Shown piece after piece: positions 18,978 to 28,237 of a stretch of DNA of 64,000 nucleotides. Numbering within the stretch: the stretch's first letter is position 1; every line of letters begins with the position of its first letter. A program made the position numbers and the translations under genes. This DNA is from an uncultured delta proteobacterium (GTDB lineage: Bacteria > Desulfobacterota > Desulfuromonadia > Geobacterales > DSM-12255): contig CAWBBV010000001.1 of assembly GCA_963787125.1 (NCBI GenBank), positions 224,001 to 288,000 of the forward strand, given 5' to 3'. A model generated the notes under the pieces. The model was not told the origin of the DNA. It saw only the letters and a list, made by a program, of their open reading frames with translations, and ran no database searches.

Positions 18978-20405
18978 ATGGCTAACAAAACATTCACTAA
19001 TCTGTTGCTGGTTACAACCTCTGGGGTCGCCAAGTATCTAAAAGCGTTAATTACCGGCAATCTTCTCAGTCTCAAGAATGAAGACGATACTCTGGTTGAT
19101 GTAAATATAGGGAAGGCTTCTGCAACAACACTTAACCTGTCAAGCGAACCAATCCCTGTAGTTGTGCCAAATATAACTGCTGGCGTTCTAACTTATGACC
19201 AAACTATGTTCGCCGCAGTTTCAACCATTAATCCATCAGCACCTTATGCCTCGGTAACATCAGCAACTAAAAGTACAGTTGGTACCCATACAACTATGCT
19301 TCCTGTAGCTACCGCCACAGGAAAAGCTTTTCCAATAGGATCATATGTAATGATGCTACCATCGGCTCCTGATAATACAGCAGCTTGTGGGGTAGTAGGG
19401 TATATGGCAATAGCAGCACGCCAACTACTTTCTGATACTTCTAATTCCACCAGTAATTACCAAGTCGGTGCCAGATTCATTGCGGGTCACTATGTAATAT
19501 CTCCAACAGCTCTATCTAATACAGCTTATGGCGCTCAAAATTATACAGTCAATTACAGTGGAATCATAAACACTGCCTGTGGTGCATTAAATGCTTTATA
19601 TTTAGGGGTTACAGGTAACGCTGGTGCAAACACTACGGTAACTGCACATGCCACACTCAGCAGCGTTTATGTTGGACATGGCACCTCAGGGGCGATATCA
19701 ACAGTAACTACTCTTGTAAATTATAATTCAACAGCAACACTTAATAATGGTTCCAGAGTCACCGATTACTATGGCTTACGTCTTAATGCTCTTACACTGA
19801 ATGGTGATGCCACAATCTCAGGTATTCGCAGGGGAATCTCTCAAGAAGATACCTTGAGTGATAACTGGTTGGTAGGCAAAACCAAGATCGGTGGCAATGG
19901 CTCGCCTGTCACAAATGCTCAACTTGAGGTCACTGGTGACGTTTCTGCCACAACAGGAATGCAGTTTGGTAATTCTTCTCAGGCTGGGGCAAATGTTCTT
20001 GATTGGTATGAAGAAGGTACTTGGACGCCAACCTTATCCGCAATAATTCCTGGTGACTTAGCTGTCACATATGGATTACAGGAAGGCCAATTTACCCGCA
20101 TAGGGAACATGATTCATCTATCCTGCTATCTTACCTTGACAACATTTACCCAAACAACTGCATCAGGCAATCTTGTTATCAATGGGCTCCCTTACGCAAC
20201 CGCACAAGCTTATGCTCAGTATGGCACATTTGTTTATACTGGTATCACTAAGGCTGGGTACACTCAATTCAATGCCCGCTTGATAGCAGGTTCACAAATA
20301 ACAGTCTCTTGCATGGCTTCAGGAGTTGGTGTTGCTACTATGGCGATAGGGGATGTGAGTTCAGGAACAGCGAGTTTTCGTGTCAATATTTCATACAGGG
20401 TTTAA
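18978..20405 (+). CDS. Tail fibre / receptor-binding protein
   Basis: Thr/Ala/Asn-rich with a C-terminal DWYEEGTWTP...G.FTRIGN..H fibre-tip motif. AT-richer than its flanks. Confidence 0.75.
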   Translation: MANKTFTNLLLVTTSGVAKYLKALITGNLLSLKNEDDTLVDVNIGKASATTLNLSSEPIPVVVPNITAGVLTYDQTMFAAVSTINPSAPYASVTSATKSTVGTHTTMLPVATATGKAFPIGSYVMMLPSAPDNTAACGVVGYMAIAARQLLSDTSNSTSNYQVGARFIAGHYVISPTALSNTAYGAQNYTVNYSGIINTACGALNALYLGVTGNAGANTTVTAHATLSSVYVGHGTSGAISTVTTLVNYNSTATLNNGSRVTDYYGLRLNALTLNGDATISGIRRGISQEDTLSDNWLVGKTKIGGNGSPVTNAQLEVTGDVSATTGMQFGNSSQAGANVLDWYEEGTWTPTLSAIIPGDLAVTYGLQEGQFTRIGNMIHLSCYLTLTTFTQTTASGNLVINGLPYATAQAYAQYGTFVYTGITKAGYTQFNARLIAGSQITVSCMASGVGVATMAIGDVSSGTASFRVNISYRV

Positions 20406-20416
20406 AGGGAGATAAA

Positions 20417-20719
20417 ATGGATACCCCAAACTATAATGAAACAAGCATTACGGGTACGCAGTGGCCGAGAATTTTCCGCTTTCAGGGTGAGAATCCTTTA
20501 GGTGGTAGACCTACCCTGGTACTCAATGAAGAGTTGGCGATGGTTATGGGAGAAACAACTATAACCAAACCTATCAGCCACTTGAGTGTTACTTTTGATA
20601 TAAACAATCCAAAGCATCTTGCCGTCTATGATGCAATCAATGCAGTTTATGTAGAGGAGCGAGAGAAGAGGGATACTTATGTTGCACCAGCTCCGGTTGA
20701 TGAGGAGTTCAATCCATGA
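20417..20719 (+). CDS. Small protein downstream of fibre (possible fibre chaperone)
   Basis: GGGAG RBS, ATG at 20417, stop overlaps the next start. Confidence 0.65.
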   Translation: MDTPNYNETSITGTQWPRIFRFQGENPLGGRPTLVLNEELAMVMGETTITKPISHLSVTFDINNPKHLAVYDAINAVYVEEREKRDTYVAPAPVDEEFNP

Positions 20720-21576
20720 GTAATTGCATCCTCGCCTTTCCCGATAAAACCCTGACAGCCTCTCTGTCCGCCGGATCATGGCAAGCAGCCTTTCCCCTCT
20801 CGAATCTGGCGGTCGCTGCCCTGGCGCTCAAGAGCCGCAGCACCAACGCCCTGGCCGCTTCCACTAAATTTGACATCAATCTCGGTGCTGCCACCAAACT
20901 GCGCGTCGTCGCCCTGGTCGGCCACAACCTCAGTATTGCCGCCACCATCAGAGTCCGCCTGTCAACGGTTGCCGATTTCGCCTCCAATGTTTACGACTCC
21001 GGCACGATCAACGCCTACCCAAATTATTATGACGATACCAGCCTCGACTGGGGCCAGCCGGTATTGACAAATAATAAGCCGAGCACAGCCGACGCCATCG
21101 CCATGCGCTACCCGCTGTTTTTTACTACCCCGGCTATGGTCACCGCCCAGTATGCCAGGGTTGAAATCACCGACACCGCTAACCCGGCTGGGTATGTGGA
21201 GATCAGCCGCTGTTTTGTGGCGCCGGGCCTGGAGCCGTCACTTAATATGAAATACGGCGCAAACTGGGGACTGGATGGCCGCACTAAGTCAGATGAATCC
21301 TTGAACGGCACCTCCTACTTTAACCGCATCGAAGCAAGGCGCAGCGTCAACTTCACCCTCGGCTCCATCACGCCTGAAGCCGGTATGGGGCAGCATCTGG
21401 AAGCACAGAGATTCCTCGATCAGGATAAAGAGCTGTTCTTCGTCGCCGATCCGGCAGCGACCTGTATAAGTATGCGGCTGCAGTCATTTATGGGCCGGCT
21501 GCGGTTGTTGGCAGGTTATGAATATCTGGCATGGAACCGGGGAGATGTTGGCTATCAGTTGGTAGAGAGTCTTTAG
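20716..21576 (+). CDS. Phage tail protein (hypothetical)
   Basis: GSW....PL.NL, ALVGHNLS..A..R and I.D.ANPAGYVEI.R motifs typical of tail-module proteins. Last phage ORF. Confidence 0.7.
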   Translation: MSNCILAFPDKTLTASLSAGSWQAAFPLSNLAVAALALKSRSTNALAASTKFDINLGAATKLRVVALVGHNLSIAATIRVRLSTVADFASNVYDSGTINAYPNYYDDTSLDWGQPVLTNNKPSTADAIAMRYPLFFTTPAMVTAQYARVEITDTANPAGYVEISRCFVAPGLEPSLNMKYGANWGLDGRTKSDESLNGTSYFNRIEARRSVNFTLGSITPEAGMGQHLEAQRFLDQDKELFFVADPAATCISMRLQSFMGRLRLLAGYEYLAWNRGDVGYQLVESL

Positions 21577-22026
21577 AAACGGCAAGGGGCGAAAAGAGAT
21601 GATCTATCGGAACTGGTGACGAGCGAGGATGACTAAGAAAGTATCTTCCTAAGCCGCTAGTTTGATAAGAGTCAACCCGAAAAATGCAATCCTGAGCCAT
21701 TCTGGCTAGCGGCTTCAATATTTAATTTCTGGGTTGGCTGAAAAGTTAAATAATGATTAAACTGTTATAATATTAGTAGGCGAAATGTGGAGGCGTCGAG
21801 GGGGCAAATTGAAAGGATCAGCAGTGAGAAAAGTAGCTCTTGAAAATAGGTTTAAAATGGCTTTTATAGAGCGTAGTCAGATATGGCTTGAGTCGAAAAA
21901 AGCGATCCTGATCCATCCTGAGAGCCTGTTGCAATTTCCATTTTTCAGCTACCCCCTAAAATAGAAAATAGTATAATGTACCACTGACAAAGCCTGTACA
22001 AAATATGGCGGTTTTACAGAAGCAAA

Positions 22027-22047
22027 AAGGGGGCTTAAAGCCCCCTT
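22027..22047. terminator. GC-rich hairpin near the prophage end, probable terminator
   Basis: AAGGGGGCTT-A-AAGCCCCCTT perfect inverted repeat, preceded by an A-run. Confidence 0.55.
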
Positions 22048-22075
22048 AAATTTACCTAAAAAAACGGCTTACAAA

Positions 22076-22122
22076 TTCTTAAACCATCTGTCTCGATTTC
22101 TGAAACCATGTGGCGCGTTACA
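22076..22122. repeat. Prophage right end with two putative transposase-binding repeats and terminal CA
   Basis: TTCTTAAACCATCTGTCTCG (22076-22095) and TTCTGAAACCATGTGGCGCG (22098-22117), 22-bp period, then TTACA. Confidence 0.75.
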
Positions 22123-22259
22123 CAATCATTGCTTTCACTTTATTAATTACACGGATGGTGCCATTCCCGCCGGCAGGAGTTTTTATTGGCAACAGGCTGA
22201 TATTTAACCGTTTTATGCACATAAATAGCTTTCAATTCCCAAAGTGGCACATAGAGCCT

Positions 22260-22416
22260 CTGTTTGAATACTGAACAGCGATCACCCCCTGATTAGCGTG
22301 CTGAGCCGGTTACTCCATGGTGTAAAAGCTGATCAGCATTACTTATTTTGATCAGCTGCAGATTGGTTTCGACGTGGGAGGAAAACAACGGAAGCTACTG
22401 TTCAACATTTGAGCAG
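22260..22416. promoter_or_regulatory. Two CTGTTCA-N5-TGAACAG-like palindromes upstream of the activator gene
   Basis: CTGTTTG-AATAC-TGAACAG (22260) and CTGTTCA-ACATT-TGAGCAG (22398). Confidence 0.55.
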
Positions 22417-22493
22417 TTTTGATTGATATATTTATATAGGCAGGGTATTATTGTTTCGTTCGCTGCTAATCATTTTTTTGATCGGAGCCCCAG

Positions 22494-23939
22494 ATGAAGC
22501 CCAGATTACTTATAATCGAAGATGATCCGGCTATACTCGGCTTGTTGAAGCTGGTTTTTGAAGATGAAGCGATAGAAGTCCTTGCCGAGGTGAATGGGGA
22601 GTCGGCCGAAAGGATTGTTGCTACCCAGCACCCGAATGCAGCAATTATCGACATCGTTCTCCCCGGCAGATCCGGCCTGGAAATCCTCTCTTCCATTAAA
22701 AAAATCGATCCCGGCATAGCCGTAATAATGATTTCAGGGCATAACAACACTAAATATGCAATTGAGGCCATGAAATCTGGCGCTTATGATTTTCTCACCA
22801 AGCCGCTCGATCTCGTAAAACTCAAATCAATCTTGGCAAAAGCCCTTGAATGCAATCAACTGAGCAGAAAAGTTCATTATACCAAAGCCGACGAACCTGA
22901 AAAACTTGATGACAGTAACGCAGATCTTATGATCGGCTCTTCACCCGAAATGATCGAGATCTGGAAAATGGTCGGCAAGGTAGCCCAGACAGATGCAACT
23001 GTTCTCATTCAGGGTGAGAGCGGCACGGGCAAGGAGCTTCTTGCCAGAGCCATCTACAACAATTCGCGACGGATGAATCGCCCGTTCATGGCTGTCAACT
23101 GTGCGGCAATTCCTGAGAATCTGCTTGAAAGCGAACTGTTCGGCCATGAAAAAGGGGCTTTTACCGATGCCCATTCCAGAAGGATCGGAAAATTTGAACA
23201 GTGTCACGGTGCTACTCTTTTTCTTGACGAAATCGGAGAGATGAGCCTGGCAAACCAGGGAAAACTTCTCCGTGTTCTGGAGAGCCAGACTTTCGAGCGG
23301 GTCGGTGGCAATGAAACCATAAAAGTGGATGTAAGGATAATTGCTGCGACAAACAAGAGTCTGGTAAATGCCGTAAAAGAAAAAAGTTTCCGCATAGATC
23401 TGTTTTACCGGCTGCGCGTAGTTTCTTTCTTTCTCCCGGCCTTACGAGACAGGATTGAAGATATTCCCCTGCTCGTAAACTACTTTACAACCCTTTTTGG
23501 CAGAAAATACGGCAAGAAAAATTGCGGGATCGCTCCGGAGGCAGCGGATATGTTTCTGTCACAGAAGTGGGAGGGAAACATCCGGGAATTGAAGAACGTT
23601 ATCGACTCGGCAACTGTCATGAGCAAAAGCAACATCCTGATGCCGGATGACATTGAGCCATTCATGCAGACGAAACCAAAAGGTCAGCAGCCTGGCGTCC
23701 AGACAGACACAGATAACTATTACGCGATCTTCAGAAACCTGCTTGAACCGGTTTTCGACAGGATCTGCCTAAAAGACAAAGGAACTGTTTTTGAAAACAT
23801 CAACACCGGTCTTGAACGAGCCGTAGTAGAGATGGCGATGGAGAGAGGTAACAATAACCAGGTGCTTGTTTCCAAGCTTCTCGGTATAAGTCGTAATACC
23901 CTAAGAGACCGGATCGAGCGATTCAGCCGCGGGAATTGA
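22494..23939 (+). CDS. NtrC-family sigma54-dependent response regulator
   Basis: Receiver domain, GESGTGKE, GAFTDA, LFLDEIGE and C-terminal HTH. Confidence 0.96.
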   Translation: MKPRLLIIEDDPAILGLLKLVFEDEAIEVLAEVNGESAERIVATQHPNAAIIDIVLPGRSGLEILSSIKKIDPGIAVIMISGHNNTKYAIEAMKSGAYDFLTKPLDLVKLKSILAKALECNQLSRKVHYTKADEPEKLDDSNADLMIGSSPEMIEIWKMVGKVAQTDATVLIQGESGTGKELLARAIYNNSRRMNRPFMAVNCAAIPENLLESELFGHEKGAFTDAHSRRIGKFEQCHGATLFLDEIGEMSLANQGKLLRVLESQTFERVGGNETIKVDVRIIAATNKSLVNAVKEKSFRIDLFYRLRVVSFFLPALRDRIEDIPLLVNYFTTLFGRKYGKKNCGIAPEAADMFLSQKWEGNIRELKNVIDSATVMSKSNILMPDDIEPFMQTKPKGQQPGVQTDTDNYYAIFRNLLEPVFDRICLKDKGTVFENINTGLERAVVEMAMERGNNNQVLVSKLLGISRNTLRDRIERFSRGN

Positions 23940-24102
23940 AAATTTATTTCGCCCTCTTGCTGAGCCTGAAAATCATCTCTGCTGCAAAATTGTTTAAAAT
24001 TAGCTACTTCCTCAAGCAGCGGTCTTCATGCAGGATCTCTTGCCAACATTACCTTGCCGACTCGGCCTTTTGTCAGGGCCAGTAATCGGCTAGCCTCCCT
24101 TG

Positions 24103-24218
24103 CTGTTCAATCCATGATCAGTCCTTGTCACAGCTTTTCCAGCTGAATCCAGTTTAACCCACTGTTGTTGTTACGTTATCGCTTTTGCAAGCAAATCATT
24201 TGTTCACTAGTTGAACTT
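24103..24218. promoter_or_regulatory. Putative upstream activator sites (same palindrome)
   Basis: CTGTTCA-ATCCA-TGATCAG (24103) and TTGTTCA-CTAGT-TGAACTT (24200), about 100-210 bp upstream of a sigma54 promoter. Confidence 0.55.
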
Positions 24219-24315
24219 GCCTCAGACTTGTCCAGACGTTCATTATATCAGCTCACCTACAAATTTATCTCTTATTTTCAGCTAGTTAGCTACACATCTA
24301 CTCTTTTGTCAAATT

Positions 24316-24330
24316 TGGCACTTTAGTTGC
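24316..24330 (+). promoter_or_regulatory. Sigma54 (-24/-12) promoter
   Basis: TGGCAC-TTTAG-TTGC matches the consensus exactly. Confidence 0.85.
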
Positions 24331-24424
24331 GAAGCCTATTACAAAGACATTCGCGAAACATCGGCAACCATTGACAACTTACCAGCAGCTATCAATTTTA
24401 CGAAAACTGCGAAGGGGGCATGAG

Positions 24425-24922
24425 ATGAGATTTCAAAACTGGTTAAGCAGTGTGGCAACAATGGCGGTTCTGCTTATAAGCGTACCGGTAATGGCACAGA
24501 TTGTCCCTATCAGCGACGAGGCACTGGGGAGCGTAACCGGACAGGCAGGAATCGCTATAAGCACAAGTCACCTCGGCTTCGACATCAAGGCTGATACCAT
24601 CTATTACAAGGATGGCGACGGTATCGGACCCGGCACAACCGCTGGCTACTTAAGCCTTACAGGTGTAGCTCTCAAAGGCACTGTCGATTTTGGTACGCCG
24701 ATGACAATGGATATAGTGACGAGCAGGGATTCAAACGGCTTCACGGAAATAAAAAGCGTATTAATGAAAATCAGTGACATGACCCTTAAGATCGACTCCT
24801 TCTATATAGACGCAATCCGCCTTGGCAGCGCTGCAGGCAAGGGTGCCAGCCTCGGGAGTTTCGGGATTGAAAATATGGTTGTGAAGATGACTGGTGGGAT
24901 AACAATCGCCGCAACAAAATAG
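24425..24922 (+). CDS. Secreted DUF6160/FilA-like protein (short paralogue)
   Basis: Signal peptide followed by ISDEALGSVTGQAGIAI, Y.D.DG and SLGSFGI motifs. Confidence 0.8.
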   Translation: MRFQNWLSSVATMAVLLISVPVMAQIVPISDEALGSVTGQAGIAISTSHLGFDIKADTIYYKDGDGIGPGTTAGYLSLTGVALKGTVDFGTPMTMDIVTSRDSNGFTEIKSVLMKISDMTLKIDSFYIDAIRLGSAAGKGASLGSFGIENMVVKMTGGITIAATK

Positions 24923-25031
24923 CAGCTTTACTACGCAAGCCTCCGGATTGTCATTAGATCTGAAGGCTTCTTAGTGTTCAGATCATTTTTACGGGGAAAT
25001 TTTTATTGTGAAGCGGGCCTGTGCAGCTCTG

Positions 25032-26216
25032 TTATTCAGGCAATGCTTCATTGCCGTCACGACACTCATGCTCCCAGATTTTCTTACACGAGCAGTCAGG
25101 TATTGCGGAGTGATCAAGCAGTGACGCTATGCTGCCATGCTTTCTCCAGTCATTAAATAAATTCAAGATAGCTGGAGTGCAGCTCAAACAGTTTGCCGGT
25201 GAAGCAACAGGTGCGGGAATTTCATTGTCCCAAGGGCCCATCATAATCTGCATTTTCAGCTTGTCCACCCTGGAAAGTACTTCCAGAATACTCCACAACC
25301 AGGGAGGACGGACTAAGCCTTGCTGCCAGGCTCTGTACATTAGGCCATCATCCGGAGATACATATAAAGGTTGCAGCTGAACTTCATCAACTCCAAGGTC
25401 GTCTAAATATTTGATAGACCGGACGCACTCATCGATCGCGGAATTTTCCTTTAAGAGCCAGTGCCCTTTTAGCATCACATAGCAGGTAAGCCTCACCCCT
25501 GCTCGCTTGGCAACTTCAACAGCTTTTTCAAACCCTGATAATGTCAGCCCCTTATTCATCAAGTTATTTCGGATATGGTCGTCTTTGGTTTCAAAGCCAA
25601 TTGCCAAATCGAGTCTGGAACCACCTGCTGCAAGAATCTGATTAAGCTGGTTAATATAATTCTCGTCAAAATGCTGCACCCTGGATTCAAGTCTTAGCCA
25701 GCGTACTTTTGGAGCTTTGGCTACTGCTTTGGCAATGGCGACAAGAGTTGCCTCAGGAATTTCAGATCGGTTAAGTGCGCTGCCTGCGGTAAAATATGCG
25801 AGCATATCCGCTTGGTTAGACATTGTATGAAACCCGGAAAAAAAGAGCGCCTTAAACTCTCTTGCGCTTAAAGGCAGATTCCCTACATAATTATTGACGG
25901 CTTTTTCAAATGAACAGAACGTACAGCCGCCATGTCTAAAAGATGCCCATTCACAGCCACCGGGAGAATAAATGATCCCCATGGCACCTGATCTATTATC
26001 CGGCATCATCCGTTGATCCATAAGAAAGACAGGATCACCTGCTATTTTGTTGAGAATACTGCGGGTGCTATTCGGAAAAACAAGAGCAGATGGTTTTACT
26101 ATGGGTGCCATTATGTAGGTAGGCAGACGGCGCAACCAGAATTCCCTGGTTTTCCAGGAAGATTGCGGAAATGAAACCTGAGCGTAGGATTTGAAGGTAA
26201 CGGGGCTGTTCTCCAT
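25032..26216 (-). CDS. Radical SAM protein, RaSEA/Elp3-like (archaeosine lyase family)
   Basis: GC.W...GGC.FC (CX9CX2C), LESR, AIGFET, RPPWLWS and C-terminal NC..C...C.C...W. Confidence 0.78.
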   Translation of the reverse strand: MENSPVTFKSYAQVSFPQSSWKTREFWLRRLPTYIMAPIVKPSALVFPNSTRSILNKIAGDPVFLMDQRMMPDNRSGAMGIIYSPGGCEWASFRHGGCTFCSFEKAVNNYVGNLPLSAREFKALFFSGFHTMSNQADMLAYFTAGSALNRSEIPEATLVAIAKAVAKAPKVRWLRLESRVQHFDENYINQLNQILAAGGSRLDLAIGFETKDDHIRNNLMNKGLTLSGFEKAVEVAKRAGVRLTCYVMLKGHWLLKENSAIDECVRSIKYLDDLGVDEVQLQPLYVSPDDGLMYRAWQQGLVRPPWLWSILEVLSRVDKLKMQIMMGPWDNEIPAPVASPANCLSCTPAILNLFNDWRKHGSIASLLDHSAIPDCSCKKIWEHECRDGNEALPE

Positions 26217-26217
26217 G

Positions 26218-27345
26218 TTATAGCTTTGGATAAACCATCCATACATTGGGCTCGACGTAATGAGCCAAATTATCTTCCATTCGGACATCAACCGGCACAA
26301 GCCCTTCTGGTACAACCTGAAAACCGCTTTTGGTAAATTCTACACCGGTCCATGCTTTCCACTGGTCTAAGGTGGCTGTAGTTACGACAGAATTCATACA
26401 GGGCTTGATCATTTTCGCCCCTAGTCTCGTATGAATTCGCAGCCAGGGATCCCGAGGCTCTCCATCGTTATTATTCCAAACCATATAATCCAGAATAGGC
26501 ATTTCGGGGTGGAGACATTTCTGGTTGGGTCTGACTGGAGCAACAAAAAGAGGAATTTCTTTCTTTACTGCAACTTTTTTCATAGCCTCAATTATTTTGG
26601 AACCAAGGCCAAACGCCCGGAACTCTTTTGGCACAGTTGCAGCCAGTGCGCTGACACAATTAGGCTTCAATCTTTTATCATAATCATCCATCCCTTTGGA
26701 TATAGCCCACTGCCAGCCGTCATCCGGCAAATCTGTGCCCTTACCAACCCAGTTAAAAGGAATAGAGTTGCCAACTCCGACCACGGTGCCGGAGACTCGA
26801 TCTCTCAAGATAACCTGATGTTCGGGGAAGCGCTGATAGATATCGAGCCAGTATTTCGAGCCGACATTATCATTCAAAATAAATGCAGGCCAATTTTCCA
26901 GCATTATTTCATACACCTGATCGGCAAGTTCAGGATTAGCAGATAAAGTAGTGGTGATCAAGTTGTCCGGATCAATATTTGAATTAACCTTCTGGCCACT
27001 CTTTGCGGGTTTATCGTGCGGGAAAATCATCATCAGACGATCAGCAATCAGGATTGACCCCTTCACCTTAAGCCTGCCAGTCAAGGCCGCCATTATTCCC
27101 GACAACTGATTATTGCAAATCTTCAACCAGTTTTTCTCTTCCAATTGCAAAGCTACAACAGGGTTGTCACAACCCCCTTTATTTATCGTACAGCTTTTAT
27201 TGCTGATGATAATTTGCCACACTGACGTTATTTTCTTATTTTGAGTTAATGTTATCGAGTAAGTTGCGTTCAGATCTTTTGCCGCTTCCGGGTCAAAATG
27301 ATCAGGCAAGGCAGCGAAGGTAGCTTCTATAGTCGTATATGTCAT
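26218..27345 (-). CDS. SCP2 lipid-binding domain fused to a GNAT-like transferase
   Basis: N-terminal F..LP..F.PEAA...G.LKVKG (SCP2). C-terminal R..GLG...APVRP...DPWLRIH.RLG. Confidence 0.82.
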   Translation of the reverse strand: MTYTTIEATFAALPDHFDPEAAKDLNATYSITLTQNKKITSVWQIIISNKSCTINKGGCDNPVVALQLEEKNWLKICNNQLSGIMAALTGRLKVKGSILIADRLMMIFPHDKPAKSGQKVNSNIDPDNLITTTLSANPELADQVYEIMLENWPAFILNDNVGSKYWLDIYQRFPEHQVILRDRVSGTVVGVGNSIPFNWVGKGTDLPDDGWQWAISKGMDDYDKRLKPNCVSALAATVPKEFRAFGLGSKIIEAMKKVAVKKEIPLFVAPVRPNQKCLHPEMPILDYMVWNNNDGEPRDPWLRIHTRLGAKMIKPCMNSVVTTATLDQWKAWTGVEFTKSGFQVVPEGLVPVDVRMEDNLAHYVEPNVWMVYPKL

Positions 27346-28133
27346 CACATCACCCAATCCGCAATTTTTCTTATGATTTTAAAGTTTTTATTTATCCGCT
27401 CTTCGCCGATCCAGCGAAACAGAGGGGCCAGGGGAAAGAATGGATTCTTGGCACAGATAATTGCAGCATAACCGTCTGACCCCGGATACGGAAAGTAGTT
27501 CTCCTTAATCGCTACAGGCTTAAAGCCCAGCTGTGAATAGTAATTGAGGTGGGAATCACGGTACCTTTTCTTGCCTTCTATAACTGTTTTCTTAAAAACG
27601 TATTCATTTACATCAACATCGGGGTGCTTATTTTTGTATTCTACCAAGCCTGACAATGGTGAACCGAGATAAACTTCTTTAATTCCATTAAGCAGCACTT
27701 TGACTGAAAAGCGGGTTAAAACATCATCTACAGCTTCAGAATTAATGCCGGCAAGACTAATGCCGAAGACAACTTTTGAAGCAGGATCATGAAATTGTGC
27801 CGTTCCCGAATCTGTTGTCTCATACCAGTCTTTTGCAAGTTCAAGCTTGCTTTTTGATATTCCCATCATAAATGCCGATGCTTTAGCATTATTGAAATCA
27901 TCATAAGCCGCCCAGCAAAACCCCTTGGTATTTTTTATTCGTTTTTCCAACATAGGAATTGAGGCAGCTTCATCTTTCCACACTTCCTGTTCCAGTTCGA
28001 AAAGGCCATAAGCATCAGCAGATATGAGTTCGCGCGTAATAAAGTTATCCCTCGCGACTGTTTTACTTTCGGCATTATTTTTTGCAATTTGCGAATATTC
28101 ACATTGCGAAATTCTTGATCGCTGAACTTTCAT
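27345..28133 (-). CDS. GNAT-like protein (YkwB-like fold)
   Basis: WYETTD.GT...HDP and GF......NYF....S.GYA motifs. ATGA overlap with the next gene. Confidence 0.6.
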   Translation of the reverse strand: MKVQRSRISQCEYSQIAKNNAESKTVARDNFITRELISADAYGLFELEQEVWKDEAASIPMLEKRIKNTKGFCWAAYDDFNNAKASAFMMGISKSKLELAKDWYETTDSGTAQFHDPASKVVFGISLAGINSEAVDDVLTRFSVKVLLNGIKEVYLGSPLSGLVEYKNKHPDVDVNEYVFKKTVIEGKKRYRDSHLNYYSQLGFKPVAIKENYFPYPGSDGYAAIICAKNPFFPLAPLFRWIGEERINKNFKIIRKIADWVM

Positions 28134-28237
28134 AAATTCCCTTTCAAGTTTTTAATAACCCATACAGATAATCGATGCTTACCGTTTTCCCATGGTAGAT
28201 TAAATTGCCCCTGTTTTTTAGGTTAACCGCTGGGAGT

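Larger units (their letters stand above)
1..22122 (+). mobile_element. Mu-like transposable prophage, late region and right end (left part outside window)
   Basis: Mu-type gene order (terminase-portal-F-G-I-capsid-gp36-gp37-tail). No tail sheath gene. Ends in two ~20-bp direct repeats followed by ...CGCGTTACA. Confidence 0.92.

Noticed and set aside
18978..22122. Invertible G-segment, mom/com or diversity-generating retroelement at the fibre locus
   Set aside because: No invertase, reverse transcriptase, flanking inverted repeats or template/variable repeat pair seen.
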